Below are positions 63,647 through 64,000 of a stretch of DNA of 64,000 nucleotides, one piece after another. The notes below the pieces were generated by a model, which saw only the letters and a list, made by a program, of their open reading frames with translations, ran no database searches and was not told the DNA's origin. The stretch lies in the sequence record NC_052657.1; one strand, given 5' to 3'. Both the position numbers and the translations under genes were made by a program. Every line of letters starts with the position of its first letter. Within the stretch, counting starts at the first letter, position 1. This DNA is from Escherichia phage muut.

Positions 63647-63997
63647 CTATTCAATGCAAGCATTATTTGCATCTTCGATTCTGTCTTTCACCCATTGAAG
63701 ACGTAACGTGTTGGTATGACACGCCAAGTCTATACACTCTGAAAGGTAATCCATGCAATCTACATTGAACGGAAGATTGTAGTCCAGTCCTGCACATGTA
63801 AATTGTTTCCTCATTTCGTATTTCAAACTATCCAACAAACGATCACGCCATCTTTTATCTTCTTCTCTAGTTGTCTCACCAACAAAATCATCTACATAAT
63901 CTACCAGACAACCACATAAGCCACTCGTTGTGCGATTCATTGCAGGATAGTTGGCAATCCATGCTTTATAGAAGCGAAGCAATGTTGCACTACTCAA
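63647..63997 (-). CDS. hypothetical protein (116 aa), LLQFY/PFN paralog family
   Basis: Shares LLRFY...GLCGCLVD...LPFN...LQWVKDRI blocks with 61496-61864. Confidence 0.45.
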   Translation of the reverse strand: MSSATLLRFYKAWIANYPAMNRTTSGLCGCLVDYVDDFVGETTREEDKRWRDRLLDSLKYEMRKQFTCAGLDYNLPFNVDCMDYLSECIDLACHTNTLRLQWVKDRIEDANNACIE

Positions 63998-64000
63998 CGG

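Overview
This window reads as a slice of a large virulent tailed-phage genome (Caudoviricetes; the spanin pair and T4-type lysozyme suggest a Gram-negative host), about 38-40% GC and densely packed. All calls are by eye from the sequence and ORF track; boundaries are approximate (tRNA ends +/- 3 nt) and nothing was run through a search tool. Layout: (1) 1-8040, minus strand: a lambda-order head/packaging module (terminase large subunit carrying a mini-intein in its Walker A P-loop, portal, small head protein, scaffold, decoration-like protein, truncated capsid gene) plus an overlapping i-/o-spanin pair. (2) 8240-11170, minus strand: an array of 16 tRNA or tRNA-like genes, four of them structurally atypical, with a few embedded small ORFs. 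(3) 11280-14725, minus strand: small ORFs and a NadV-like/Prs-like pair matching the recently described phage NAD+ reconstitution pathway (NARP1-like). (4) 15134-51890, plus strand: early/middle genes including a split RNA-repair trio (metallophosphoesterase, RNA ligase, Pnk-like kinase), DNA ligase, three HNH endonucleases, RNase H/FEN, tdk, thyX, nrdA/nrdB, a complete dTDP-L-rhamnose pathway (rmlBACD), glutaredoxin, T4-type lysozyme, PhoH, an HslV-like peptidase, two DNA methyltransferases, a serine recombinase, a Ser/Thr phosphatase and a Sir2-family protein. (5) 52065-64000, minus strand: about 40 small hypothetical genes with several paralogous families. No CRISPR array, integrase or rRNA was seen. 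Most worth follow-up: the rhamnose pathway inside the nucleotide-metabolism operon, the NAD+ module, the RNA-repair trio beside the tRNA array, the non-canonical tRNAs, the terminase intein and the HslV-like peptidase.
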